From an uncultured Clostridia bacterium (lineage in GTDB: Bacteria > Bacillota > Clostridia > TANB77 > CAG-508): a stretch of DNA of 64,000 bases. Location of the stretch: positions 27,060 to 91,059 of the forward strand of contig CAKOYQ010000004.1 of the NCBI GenBank assembly GCA_934130935.1, written 5' to 3'. Made by a program: the position numbers and the translations under genes. Below the pieces are notes generated by a model. That model had not been told where the DNA came from. It saw nothing but the letters and a program-made list of their open reading frames with translations, and ran no database searches. Within the stretch, counting starts at the first letter, position 1. Every line of letters begins with the position of its first letter. Below, in pieces: positions 52,418-62,468 of the stretch.

Positions 52418-53249
52418 CTACAAATCCTTAAAAGCTATTTTTATTTCTCCTATTCCACCATCAATATCTAAATAATTATCGCCAATTCCATACACTTTAT
52501 CTGTTTCAAATTCTTGCCCATCAAGTGTAACATTGCCTACTCCTTTACTTACATTTATTGCATAATTGTCTTTACTATCTATTAAGCCAATATCAATGTT
52601 TCCAACACCTGAATTTATTTTATTTCTTCCGATTAATTTACCACTAAAATTAAATTCTCCCATACCAAGATTTGCTTTTAAACCATTCATTTCGCAAGAG
52701 TTTAATTCAGTTTTTCCGAGCTCCTCCATCTATTTTTGCTTCTGCTGTCACTATAACATTTTCGATATGCACATCTCCTGCACCTAATTCGAGAAATAAT
52801 CTTTGTGTATTCAATTTTTCTATGTTAACTCTTCCTGCTCCAGTATTTATTTTAGTTTCATCAATTTGCATCATATTCTCTGGAATATATATTACTAAAT
52901 TGCTTGACATATTATTGCCTAGCCAGTTTTGTTTTTCCTCTTTTATTTTTACACTACCATTATTTTCCTCAAAAACTATTTTTGAATTATTAGTTTCAAC
53001 TCTAAAATTTTCTCCTGTTTTTATATCCAAATTTGTACATGCTAAATCAATTTTTAGTGTTGATACTTCTTTTACTTCACTTGATATTACCATCATATCT
53101 TCTGTTATAATATTTTTATTTGTACGAATTAATCTTAATGCACTTAATAATGCATAACCACCATTTAGTATTGCTGAAATTATTGTAAAAATTAAGAATA
53201 GTGCAAAAGCTGTTGCCATATATTTTATTATTTTTTGTGCTGTTGTCAT
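52418..53249 (-). CDS. DUF4097-type beta-strand repeat protein (putative envelope stress-associated adhesin); possible frameshift at ~52707-52729
   Basis: ORFs 52707..53249 and 52418..52729 overlap by 23 nt in different frames and together total about 283 aa. They share a Gly-rich beta-repeat pattern. Confidence 0.5.
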
Positions 53250-53929
53250 TTTATTTCAACACCTCCAAATATAGCTGTTCCATTTATATAAATTGTATGG
53301 CTGTTTTCATCTACCTTTGTGTTTGCTTTATTTTCAATTCCTCCAAATATAGGCATTGACTTAATTTTGATTTTCACATTTGATGGAACATAAATGTCTA
53401 TTCCTCCAAATGTACTACTTGCATTAATAACAACATCTGATTCTATAATAGCATTTCTTAAATCACATTTAACTCCTCCAAATACCGCTGTTAAATCTGC
53501 CCCTGTAAAATTTTCCCCATCAAATTTTACGTCTTGACCAGCAAATGTTGCACAATATGAATTTTCTCCATTTCTTTTTTCATTTAATTTTTTTATTTCA
53601 CTACTTACTTTTCCACCTAAAGTATCTTTAAATATTATTGATAAACCAATTACAACTAAAATTACTGGAAAAGCTAATTTCCATATTAAATCAAAATCTA
53701 AAATATTTTGGCATCCTAAAAATAATCCTACACCAATTAATAATCCTATTACATTTCCTGTCTTTTCATTATCTTTAAATAAACCTATAAAACAAGGTAT
53801 GATGATAAAAAATGTCCACCATCCATCAAAAAATATATTTATATTCGTTATTCCAAGTGCATTCCCTCCAATTATTAATCCTATAATTACTAGAACTACT
53901 CCCCATAATACATTTCCAAACTTTCTCAT
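53246..53929 (-). CDS. LiaF-like / DUF2154 membrane protein (cell-wall-active antibiotic response family)
   Basis: Four N-terminal TM helices and C-terminal beta-helix repeats (FGGIDIYVPSN, FGGIENKAN, FGGVEIK). Confidence 0.55.
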   Translation of the reverse strand: MRKFGNVLWGVVLVIIGLIIGGNALGITNINIFFDGWWTFFIIIPCFIGLFKDNEKTGNVIGLLIGVGLFLGCQNILDFDLIWKLAFPVILVVIGLSIIFKDTLGGKVSSEIKKLNEKRNGENSYCATFAGQDVKFDGENFTGADLTAVFGGVKCDLRNAIIESDVVINASSTFGGIDIYVPSNVKIKIKSMPIFGGIENKANTKVDENSHTIYINGTAIFGGVEIK

Positions 53930-54099
53930 TTAATTTTCCTCCTTTTTTATCATATAGTATTGTATCATTTAATACATTATTTGTATATACTTTTTTTAGA
54001 ACTAAAAAAATAAATAGAACAGTAATATTTTCCAATTATATGAAAATAGTGAATTAGAAAAATATTTTCCAATTCACTATTTTTTACATGTTCTAAAAA

Positions 54100-54876
54100 T
54101 TACCCTAAAGCAACATCTAAAATCATCATAATTGTAAATCCTATTGCCACACCTATTGTTCCAATATTTGAATGTTCTCCAACTTGTGATTCTGGTATCA
54201 ACTCTTCAACCACTACATAAATCATTGCACCAGCAGCAAAGGCTAGCACATATGGCAAAATTGGAATTACTGTACTTGTTAATAATATTGTAATTATAGC
54301 ACCTATTGGCTCAACTATTCCAGATAAAGTTCCATATAAAAAAGCTTTTCCTTTTGACATTCCTTCGGCTTTTAAAGGCATTGAAATTATTGCACCTTCT
54401 GGGAAGTTTTGGATTGCAATACCTATTGCCAAAGCAAAAGCTCCTGCTAATGTTATTCCAGTATTTTCCATCAAGGTTCCTGCAAAAGAAACGCCAACTG
54501 CCATTCCTTCTGGAATGTTATGGAGTGTTACAGCAAATACCATCATTGTTGTTTTCTTTAATTTGATTTTTATGCCTTCTGGTTTTGTACTTTCTAAATG
54601 TAAATGAGGTATCAAACTGTCTAAAACAAGCAAAAATACAATTCCAAGCATAAATCCTATTGCAGCAGGAAGCCAAGGTAGTATTCCTTGCTCTTGTGCC
54701 ATATCTATTGATGGTATTAGTAATGACCATACAGATGCTGCAATCATTACACCTGCAGCAAATCCTAATAATATTTTTTCTACTTTTTTATTTAATTTAT
54801 TTTTCATCAAAAATACTGTTGCACTCCCTAATGTTGTTCCTAAAAATGGTATCAGTAATCCTTTAAAAACATTCAT
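54100..54876 (-). CDS. zupT: ZIP-family divalent metal transporter (ZupT-like)
   Basis: HNIPEGMAVGVSFA and QNFPEG motifs; eight TM segments. Confidence 0.75.
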   Translation of the reverse strand: MNVFKGLLIPFLGTTLGSATVFLMKNKLNKKVEKILLGFAAGVMIAASVWSLLIPSIDMAQEQGILPWLPAAIGFMLGIVFLLVLDSLIPHLHLESTKPEGIKIKLKKTTMMVFAVTLHNIPEGMAVGVSFAGTLMENTGITLAGAFALAIGIAIQNFPEGAIISMPLKAEGMSKGKAFLYGTLSGIVEPIGAIITILLTSTVIPILPYVLAFAAGAMIYVVVEELIPESQVGEHSNIGTIGVAIGFTIMMILDVALG

Positions 54877-54928
54877 TATTGTAATTACACCTCCAATGTT
54901 CTATTTTCAACATTTGCAAGTTTTATAT

Positions 54929-57229
54929 TTATTCATTTCCCTTTAAACTTGTTACCATATCAATTTTCTTTATCTTTGTAGCAAGCAATTTTGAAACTAA
55001 ATATGATATTAAAAATGTTCCTATTGCTGCTATTACATATGTTTCAATATTTATATGTGCTCCAAAATCATAACTTTCTTCTATTGCTGTTTTAAATATC
55101 CAATCTGTTAAATAAAAGCCTGTTGGAAGTCCTAATATTATAGATATTACTGCAATAATATTATTTTGCTTTATAAATATCTTTTTAATTTGTTTATTTT
55201 TAAATCCTAAGACCTTTAATGTTGCGAATTGATATTGCTTTTCTGTATAAGATAATATACCTAAATTATAGATTATTACAACTCCAAGAATTACAGCTAT
55301 AACAATAATAAGTGTAATCATTGTTTTCATTGTCTCAAGCATACTGTCCATTCCTTCTTTTAATTGCTCTATATTTGATATTACTTCAACATTTGTAATT
55401 TCTTTTGTATTACTTAAATCTTCGTTTGTATACAATGAATCTGGTTTATATTCAATACCTAAACTTTCTAAGTATTTTCTTGTTGCTGTTACATTTTGAT
55501 TTTGTGGATCTTTATTAAATCCAACTATTTTAGATGTATGATAAGTATTATCTCCTGAAACATGCCATATTATTTCATCACCTATTTTATATCCATTTGT
55601 TTCTGCTAATTTATATGTAACATATATTCCATCATCATTATCTAATTTTATAAATTTATCTTTATTATCAACAAATCTGACATAATCTTTACTGTCTGTT
55701 ACAAAAATATTATTAGATTCTCTATTTCCGTCTTTGTCTTTTATTTCTATATACAAGCTTTCAGATGTGTTATCCCCATATTCGTTAGTTAGCTCTTTAA
55801 TTTCATCATTACTAATATCTGATTTTATACTTAGTTTATAATCAAAATTGAATATTCTATTAAATTGTAAATCAATAAAATAATTCATGCTATTTAACAT
55901 TCCTAAACTACAAACAATTAACATTGCACATGCTGTAACACCTACGATCCCTGTAACTGTTCTTGCTTTATTTCTGAACATATCTCTTATATTCCATTTT
56001 GTATTGAAGCTCATTTTTTTGAATATTCCAACTGTTGTTATATTTAAAGAATTATTTTTTACTTTTGGAATTTCATTTCTTAAAGTTTCTGCTGTTTTTT
56101 CTTTTAATATTTTTCTTGTTGCTAAATATGTAACAAATGATACACATAATGTAACAAGAAGTGCAACAATATATGAATCATTTTTAATTATTGGTACTCC
56201 ATTTGGTATTTCAAAAAAGCTCATTTCGATTCCAATAAATACATTTCCAATAAAATATCTACCACCTAATAATCCAAACATTGATGCAACTAATGAAATC
56301 CAAAATCCATAACTTATATAATGTAATATGATTTTGTTTTTCTTAAACCCTAATGCTTTTAATGTTCCTATTTGTACTCTCTGCTTTTTTACTACTCTTG
56401 TCATTGTTGTAACAACTGAGAGTAATGCTATAAATAAGAATAATCCAGAAAATACTCCTATATATGTTTCTCCCTCTTCGATTTCTCCTTTATATTGTGT
56501 ATAAGATGGCGTATCTTCTATGTTCATTAATACTACATTTTCTATTTTTTCTTCTATGTCATTTTTTACTTCATTTATTTTATCTTTGTTATCTATATCT
56601 ACCATTATATAATTATATTTTAAATAGTCAATGTTTTTAATATATTTTTCTAATTCTTTAGTTGATGCATATGCAAATCCAAATGTTTTGTGGTCTGGGT
56701 ATAATTGTGACTCATCTTTTACATCATAAAGATGGTCTGGAACATTTATAAATCCAACAACCTCCTCTTCAAAAACATATCCATCATATTTAATCTTTAA
56801 TGTATCTCCAATTTTTAAATTGTTCTCTTGTGCAAAAAAATTATCCAACCAAACACCTTTTGTATTTGCATCAAATTCTTTTCCCTCTATTATATAAAAT
56901 TTTGATATCTCATTTGATTCTATAAAATTCATTGATAATGTAATATCATTATTATCATCTAAAACTGTACTTACATTTAATTTACCTTCTGCATTTTTTA
57001 CATTATCAATTTGTTTTATTGTTTCTATATTTTCTTTTGATAATGATCCCATTACATTTAAATCTTGTAAATTGTTTTGTGTATAGAAATTATTTGCTGT
57101 TTGTTTCATTCCTTCCATATAACTTTCTATTCCACTATAAACCATAACTCCAATAAAAACCATTAAAAATATTGTAATAAATTGTGATAAATTTTGTTTG
57201 ATATCACGAATCATTTTCTTTCTTAGCAT
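54929..57229 (-). CDS. ABC transporter permease with two FtsX domains (MacB-like efflux or peptide exporter)
   Basis: 766 aa with two 4-TM FtsX modules separated by large extracytoplasmic domains. Confidence 0.8.
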   Translation of the reverse strand: MLRKKMIRDIKQNLSQFITIFLMVFIGVMVYSGIESYMEGMKQTANNFYTQNNLQDLNVMGSLSKENIETIKQIDNVKNAEGKLNVSTVLDDNNDITLSMNFIESNEISKFYIIEGKEFDANTKGVWLDNFFAQENNLKIGDTLKIKYDGYVFEEEVVGFINVPDHLYDVKDESQLYPDHKTFGFAYASTKELEKYIKNIDYLKYNYIMVDIDNKDKINEVKNDIEEKIENVVLMNIEDTPSYTQYKGEIEEGETYIGVFSGLFLFIALLSVVTTMTRVVKKQRVQIGTLKALGFKKNKIILHYISYGFWISLVASMFGLLGGRYFIGNVFIGIEMSFFEIPNGVPIIKNDSYIVALLVTLCVSFVTYLATRKILKEKTAETLRNEIPKVKNNSLNITTVGIFKKMSFNTKWNIRDMFRNKARTVTGIVGVTACAMLIVCSLGMLNSMNYFIDLQFNRIFNFDYKLSIKSDISNDEIKELTNEYGDNTSESLYIEIKDKDGNRESNNIFVTDSKDYVRFVDNKDKFIKLDNDDGIYVTYKLAETNGYKIGDEIIWHVSGDNTYHTSKIVGFNKDPQNQNVTATRKYLESLGIEYKPDSLYTNEDLSNTKEITNVEVISNIEQLKEGMDSMLETMKTMITLIIVIAVILGVVIIYNLGILSYTEKQYQFATLKVLGFKNKQIKKIFIKQNNIIAVISIILGLPTGFYLTDWIFKTAIEESYDFGAHINIETYVIAAIGTFLISYLVSKLLATKIKKIDMVTSLKGNE

Positions 57230-57230
57230 A

Positions 57231-57941
57231 TTACCATTTCACCTCATCAATCTTTTTAGGATTTTCATTTGGTGTTACACTCTCTATTTTTCCATTCTTT
57301 ACTCTTATTACTGTATCTGCAATTTCTGCAAATAAACTATTATGTGTTACAATGATTACAGTATTTGCACCTTTGTTTCCATCACATTGTTTTTTTAGTA
57401 AATTTAAGACTTCTACACCAGTTTTAGAATCTAGGGCTCCAGTTGGCTCATCACATAATAATAATTTTGGATTTTTAGCAATAGCTCTTGCTATTGAAAC
57501 TCTTTGTTGTTCCCCACCTGATAACTGATTAGGAAATTTATTCATATGATCTTCTAATCCTACAGCTTTAAGTGCTTCTTTACTATCATTTCCATTTTTT
57601 ACAACATCTTTGATTAATTCCACATTTTCTAATACTGTTAATGTTGGTAATATATTATAAAATTGAAAAATGAATCCTATATTTTCTGCTCTATATTCAC
57701 TTAATTCATTTTCATTATATTTTGAAATATCCTCTCCATCTATTTCGATACTACCTTTTGTTAAAGTATCCATTCCTCCAATTAAATTTAATAATGTTGA
57801 TTTTCCTGCACCAGATGGTCCAAGTATTACGACAAATTCTCCCTTGTTTATTGATAAATCAATATTATCTAATGCTTTAAATTCTTTTTCTCCTGTGTTG
57901 TAAATTTTACTTACATTTTTTAGTTCTACTATCTTTTCCAT
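57231..57941 (-). CDS. ABC transporter ATP-binding protein (MacB/LolD-type)
   Basis: Walker A GPSGAGKST, signature LSGGEQQRVSIARA, Walker B LLLCDEPTGALD. Confidence 0.9.
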   Translation of the reverse strand: MEKIVELKNVSKIYNTGEKEFKALDNIDLSINKGEFVVILGPSGAGKSTLLNLIGGMDTLTKGSIEIDGEDISKYNENELSEYRAENIGFIFQFYNILPTLTVLENVELIKDVVKNGNDSKEALKAVGLEDHMNKFPNQLSGGEQQRVSIARAIAKNPKLLLCDEPTGALDSKTGVEVLNLLKKQCDGNKGANTVIIVTHNSLFAEIADTVIRVKNGKIESVTPNENPKKIDEVKW

Positions 57942-58075
57942 ATTTCCTCCTTCTTTATATGAAATTTATTTCACATTTTATCAAATTATATCTTTCTATT
58001 CATATAAAGTCAATATAATATGAATATTTTTTCATATTTTGTTACAAGATAATGGTTTAGTAAAAATTAACACGA

Positions 58076-58257
58076 AAAGACTTTAAATATAAGCTTTGAA
58101 TGAAATGACGAATGTGCATGGAGAAATTTTAGAAATTCTTATGTAGTTTTATGGTAAGAGTTCACGATAGTGGAAAGGACCCATAAAACAAGTTAGAATT
58201 TCTTAAATTTCGTAATAAGCCGAGGAATGTAATGAAAAGCTTATATTTAAAGTCTTT
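58076..58257. repeat. Perfect 22-bp inverted repeats (AAAGACTTTAAATATAAGCTTT) flanking a 138-bp core in the divergent ABC/TetR promoter region
   Basis: 58076-58097 is the exact reverse complement of 58236-58257. Confidence 0.6.
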
Positions 58258-58298
58258 TTATATTAATTTAAAGCAATACATTATGCTGTAACATATTA

Positions 58299-58327
58299 TT
58301 GACAATCACTTTTTTCGAATGTATAAT
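58299..58327 (+). promoter_or_regulatory. Consensus sigma-A promoter of the TetR gene (TTGACA, 17-nt spacer, TATAAT)
   Basis: TTGACA at 58299-58304 and TATAAT at 58322-58327. An AGGAGG RBS at 58339-58344 precedes the ATG at 58355. Confidence 0.6.
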
Positions 58328-58354
58328 ATTCTTACACTAGGAGGCATTAATTTT

Positions 58355-58963
58355 ATGAATGAATATGAAATAAGAAAACCTATACAAAAGAGATCTATAG
58401 AAAAAAAAGAAAAAATTATCCAATCAGGTTTTGAATTAATTTGTAAAAAAGGATATTATAATACAAATACTGCTGAAATAGCTAAAAATGCTAGTGTCTC
58501 AACAGGAATTGTATACCAATATTTTAAAGATAAACATGATATTTTTATAGAAGCATTAAAAAAATATGCTGACAATATCTTTTACCCAATGCTTAATATT
58601 CCTTTAAAAGAATTTGATAAAAATGATTTAGATAAAATTGTTCGAAACATGATAGAAAATTTTATTCAAAATCATAAGCTTTCTCAGTCTGCCCATGAAG
58701 AAATTATGGCAATGGCTCATTCAGATAAAGATGTAGCTTTTTATTTTCATAAAAGAGAAATTGAAATGACAGAGAAAATCTATGATTTATTAGTTGAAAA
58801 TGGCTTTAATAAAAAAAATTTAATGGAAAAATCTCATATCGCTATTGGTTTAATTGACAATTTGTGCCATGAAATAGTTTATCATAAACATAGTAATCTT
58901 GATTATAACGTAATGATTAACATCTGTATTTATACTATTGTAAACATGTTAAGAAAAGATTAG
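58355..58963 (+). CDS. TetR/AcrR-family transcriptional regulator
   Basis: HTH GYYNTNTAEIAKNASVSTGIVYQYFKDKHDIF. The track start at 58319 overlaps the -10 box, so the ATG at 58355 is preferred. Confidence 0.8.
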   Translation: MNEYEIRKPIQKRSIEKKEKIIQSGFELICKKGYYNTNTAEIAKNASVSTGIVYQYFKDKHDIFIEALKKYADNIFYPMLNIPLKEFDKNDLDKIVRNMIENFIQNHKLSQSAHEEIMAMAHSDKDVAFYFHKREIEMTEKIYDLLVENGFNKKNLMEKSHIAIGLIDNLCHEIVYHKHSNLDYNVMINICIYTIVNMLRKD

Positions 58964-58992
58964 CTCATTAAATAGCTAATCTTTTATATTAC

Positions 58993-59841
58993 TTAAACTT
59001 CTCTATCATCATCATCGTCATCTAAAGAATTTCCAGATAATTGTCTAATAGTTAAATCATATTCTTTTGAAACCTCTTCTCTCGTTCCATGTCGTAAGTC
59101 ATTAATATCATAACTAGTATTATCTAAATTTTCTTCTACATTTTTTGTTTTATTATATATCTGTAAAGAAATTGGATGTCCATATGTTCCTAATTCAGGA
59201 AAACTAAGTCTTAAATGTTCAAATAGTTTTTCTACATTAGGATACAAATCTGCATATTTTTCAACCACTTCTGATTTTATTACACCTCGGCCAGTTTCTA
59301 TTTCTCTTTGCTTAATATTTCTTAAAGAAAGCTCTAAAGTTGGATTTAATATTACAAGCTCTGGCTTAATGTTATTTCTTATAGCTTGTTCTACTTTTTT
59401 TCCAAATGCTGGTGCAGTAATAGATCCTTCATATACTATAGTATCTTTTGGAATCGCATGTGCTTCATATAGTGATTGAATAAAAAATGATTTTCCAGCT
59501 CCATATGGTCCAGCGACATATATGCACCTATTAATATTTTTATTTTTTATTGCTCTCATATAAAATTCATTTGTCAAACAGGCTGCACTATTAGTTATAG
59601 CTAAATTATATTTCCCCCTGTTTTCCTGACTTCTAGCATAAATATCAAAAATCATTTTCATCAAATCCGAATTTATATAACTACCATCACGTGATGAAAC
59701 AAGTTCTTTGTATTTCTCCAACAATTCATCTGTCCTAGTTGTAGTTATTTTAATAATTTCATCTTGTACCTTTTGCAATTCGGGACTATCAAATTTCTTT
59801 CTCAATATTGTTTTTTCATCTATATTTCCCATATCTCTCAT
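58993..59841 (-). CDS. Zeta-toxin-like P-loop kinase family protein with a poly-Asp C-terminal tail
   Basis: Walker A YVAGPYGAGKSF with zeta-toxin/AAA_33-like spacing; 282 aa; ends ...SLDDDDDDREV. Confidence 0.45.
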   Translation of the reverse strand: MRDMGNIDEKTILRKKFDSPELQKVQDEIIKITTTRTDELLEKYKELVSSRDGSYINSDLMKMIFDIYARSQENRGKYNLAITNSAACLTNEFYMRAIKNKNINRCIYVAGPYGAGKSFFIQSLYEAHAIPKDTIVYEGSITAPAFGKKVEQAIRNNIKPELVILNPTLELSLRNIKQREIETGRGVIKSEVVEKYADLYPNVEKLFEHLRLSFPELGTYGHPISLQIYNKTKNVEENLDNTSYDINDLRHGTREEVSKEYDLTIRQLSGNSLDDDDDDREV

Positions 59842-59852
59842 TCCTTCTATAA

Positions 59853-59981
59853 TTAATAATTTGACATCTTTTTAATTCTTTCCTCTAATTTGGGATTTTT
59901 GGCAGCCTCCATGGAAATTACTTTTCCCAGTTTAACTAAATTTTTTATATACAATTCTTCTTTTTTCTTTTCTTCATTCAT
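59853..59981 (-). CDS. Small ORF (42 aa) immediately upstream of the zeta-like gene; weak antitoxin candidate
   Basis: MNEEKKKEELYIKNLVKLGKVISMEAAKNPKLEERIKKMSNY. It stops 12 nt before the zeta-like start, and no clear SD is present. Confidence 0.2.
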   Translation of the reverse strand: MNEEKKKEELYIKNLVKLGKVISMEAAKNPKLEERIKKMSNY

Positions 59982-60185
59982 ATTAATTTTTTATGACATA
60001 TTTTACAAATCAAATATCTCATATACTCCTTCCATTAAATATTTCTTTATTAGTATATCATATGTTTAATATAATTTATATAGATTTTTTCAAATTTTTT
60101 ATTTTTATAATTACTCTTTCTTTTTTTTATCAAAAGTGATATTATACAAAGTATAATACATAGCAATAATGGAGAGTGAAAACAA

Positions 60186-61181
60186 ATGATATCAAGAGAA
60201 AAAAATCCAGAATATCTAAACTCATTTTTAGATTATTCAATAACTATCTTAAATAAATCACCAAATTCAGTAAAAGAATATAATTATGATTTAACTAATT
60301 TTTTAAAATTCATGGTAGTACGCTTTAAATTAACAAATGAAACTGATTTGTCTAAAGTAGATATCTTATCATTTAAAGAAAATGATTTAAAAAAAGTAAC
60401 ACTTGATGACATTCATGCTTATATATCGCATTTAGCAATAGATAACAGAAGTAAAGCGACAACAAGAGCCAGAAAAGTTTCAACAATAAGAATATTTTTT
60501 AAATACCTATCACAAAAAGCTAATATTTTAAATATAAATCCTGCTCAAAACTTGGAAACACCAAAACTTGAAAAAAGAATGCCAAAGTATTTATCTTTAG
60601 AAGATAGTAAAAAATTATTAAGTGTAGCAGAAAATGAAGATAATAGAAATTATAAAAGAGATTATGCTATTACAACATTATTTTTAAATTGTGGTATGAG
60701 ATTATCTGAATTAGTTGGAATTAATATAAATGATATAGATTTTAGTGAATGTAAAATGACTGTAATTGGAAAAGGAAATAAAGAACGTACAGTTTATCTG
60801 AATAAATCTTGTATGATTGCATTAAATGATTATTTATCTTCTCGCCCACCATCAAACATGATTAAGCATGATAGTAAAAATTCAGAAAAAGCCCTTTTTC
60901 TTAGTGAGCAAAAACAACGTATTAGTAATAGAACTGTCCAAAATATAATAAGTAAAGAATTAAAACAAGCCGGTCTGGATACAAAAAATCTGTCTGTTCA
61001 TAAATTAAGACATACTGCTGCTACATTAATGTACCAATATGGAAATGTTGATATAAGAGCTTTACAGGAACTTTTAGGTCATCAAAGTATTTCTACAACT
61101 GAAATCTATACACATGTCAATAATGAACAAGTGCGTAATGCTGTAGAATCAAATCCTTTAGCAGACCCTAAAGATTTGTAA
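60186..61181 (+). CDS. xerC: Tyrosine site-specific recombinase, XerC/XerD family
   Basis: Catalytic R..H..R..Y residues: LHKLRHTAATLM and LLGHQSISTTEIYTHV. Confidence 0.75.
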   Translation: MISREKNPEYLNSFLDYSITILNKSPNSVKEYNYDLTNFLKFMVVRFKLTNETDLSKVDILSFKENDLKKVTLDDIHAYISHLAIDNRSKATTRARKVSTIRIFFKYLSQKANILNINPAQNLETPKLEKRMPKYLSLEDSKKLLSVAENEDNRNYKRDYAITTLFLNCGMRLSELVGININDIDFSECKMTVIGKGNKERTVYLNKSCMIALNDYLSSRPPSNMIKHDSKNSEKALFLSEQKQRISNRTVQNIISKELKQAGLDTKNLSVHKLRHTAATLMYQYGNVDIRALQELLGHQSISTTEIYTHVNNEQVRNAVESNPLADPKDL

Positions 61182-61221
61182 TACATGTTAATATTTAAGC
61201 AAAAATGAAAGGATTGAAAAT

Positions 61222-61740
61222 ATGAAAAATAATAAACAAGAAATTTTATTTAAAAATGTAACAAAATATGATTCTAAAAACTATAATCAATTTATCCAAT
61301 TTCACAATAAAAAATATGCTTTTTCTAATAATTCTTACATCATTATTATGACAATATTATTAATTTATTGTGTGATTTTAAATATAAGACAAAAAAACAT
61401 ACCTCTTATATTTCTTTTTATAGGGTTACTTATAGGTCTCCTACTTTGGAAAATTTATTTTCCTATGACGAGATATCAAAAAACTCAAAAACAACTTAAT
61501 AATATAAAAGATGCTCATTATACATTTTCTTTTTATAATTTATATTTTAAAATTGATAAAAAGATTATATATTATTTTAAATTATATAAAGTTTTTGAAA
61601 CAAAAGATTATTTTTATTTATACATAAATCCTGATTATGCTATGTTAGTTAGTAAAAACGGATTCAAAATTGGTACTGCAGAAGATTTTAGCAATTTTAT
61701 AAAGAAAAAATGTTTATTAAAATATAGAAAGCAAGCATAA
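61222..61740 (+). CDS. Hypothetical membrane protein (172 aa, two TM helices)
   Basis: ORF following the xer gene, with an RBS-like GGATTGAAAATATG. Confidence 0.4.
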   Translation: MKNNKQEILFKNVTKYDSKNYNQFIQFHNKKYAFSNNSYIIIMTILLIYCVILNIRQKNIPLIFLFIGLLIGLLLWKIYFPMTRYQKTQKQLNNIKDAHYTFSFYNLYFKIDKKIIYYFKLYKVFETKDYFYLYINPDYAMLVSKNGFKIGTAEDFSNFIKKKCLLKYRKQA

Positions 61741-61785
61741 ATTTTAGGAGAGGATTAATTTCCTCTCCTTTATAGATTTTTATAT

Positions 61786-62364
61786 TCATAACAATATAGG
61801 TTGAATTTGTTCACCATCTAAAGCATATTCTATTGTTTTTATCAAATATGATGGATCAAAGACTACAGAACGTGGTTTAGTAATCGGATTATCTTGTCTA
61901 AACGGAACAAAATAATAATGTTTTCTATTAAGTAATTTTCCTATGTTTTCTCCTGCACCTGAAAGTCCATTATTGGTTGATATAGCTATAACTACAGGTT
62001 TTTCTTTTCTTAAATGTGATTTTACTGCCATAGTTGCAGAATTATCTATGATATCATTTGCAAGTTTTGCCATGGTATTACCTGTTGCAGGCGCTACCAC
62101 TAATATATCTAACATATCTTTTGGACCAAGTGGTTCTACTTCTTGAATGGTGTGTAAAATTTTGGTCCCAGTAATATCTTCAATTTCATTTATAAAATCT
62201 CTAGCTTTTCCAAATTTAGTATCCATGGTATAACTGTTTTCTGACATTATAGGAACTACTTTAGCTCCTAATTTCACAATCTTCTTAAGCTCATCTATGG
62301 TTTTTCTAAATGTACAAAATGAGCCTGTCATTACAAATCCTATTCTTTTCTCTTCTAAATTCAC
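61786..62364 (-). CDS. dpaB: Dipicolinate synthase subunit B (SpoVFB; flavoprotein family)
   Basis: Full-length similarity in pattern to SpoVFB: RIGFVMTGSFCTF, EPLGPKDMLDILVVAPATGNTMAKLAN, PVVIAISTNNGLSGAGENIGKLLNRKHYYFVPFRQDNP. Confidence 0.75.
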   Translation of the reverse strand: MNLEEKRIGFVMTGSFCTFRKTIDELKKIVKLGAKVVPIMSENSYTMDTKFGKARDFINEIEDITGTKILHTIQEVEPLGPKDMLDILVVAPATGNTMAKLANDIIDNSATMAVKSHLRKEKPVVIAISTNNGLSGAGENIGKLLNRKHYYFVPFRQDNPITKPRSVVFDPSYLIKTIEYALDGEQIQPILL

Positions 62365-62468
62365 AATTTAAATTCCTCCTTTCATACTATTTCTATATAA
62401 TATGAATTTTAGGAGAATTTTGTCGAAGTGAAATTTGAGATAATTGTAATTTTTAAAATCCTATCCTA

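Noticed and set aside
53826-54035. 69-aa minus-strand ORF overlapping the start of the LiaF-like gene
   Set aside because: Different frame over the N-terminal TM region of a well-supported gene. No RBS. Likely spurious.
60186-61181. Xer-type recombinase as the integrase of the conjugative element
   Set aside because: It lies 29 kb beyond the element's transfer genes, separated by housekeeping fab genes, and has XerC/XerD-type motifs. It is more likely chromosomal dimer resolution or a separate small island.
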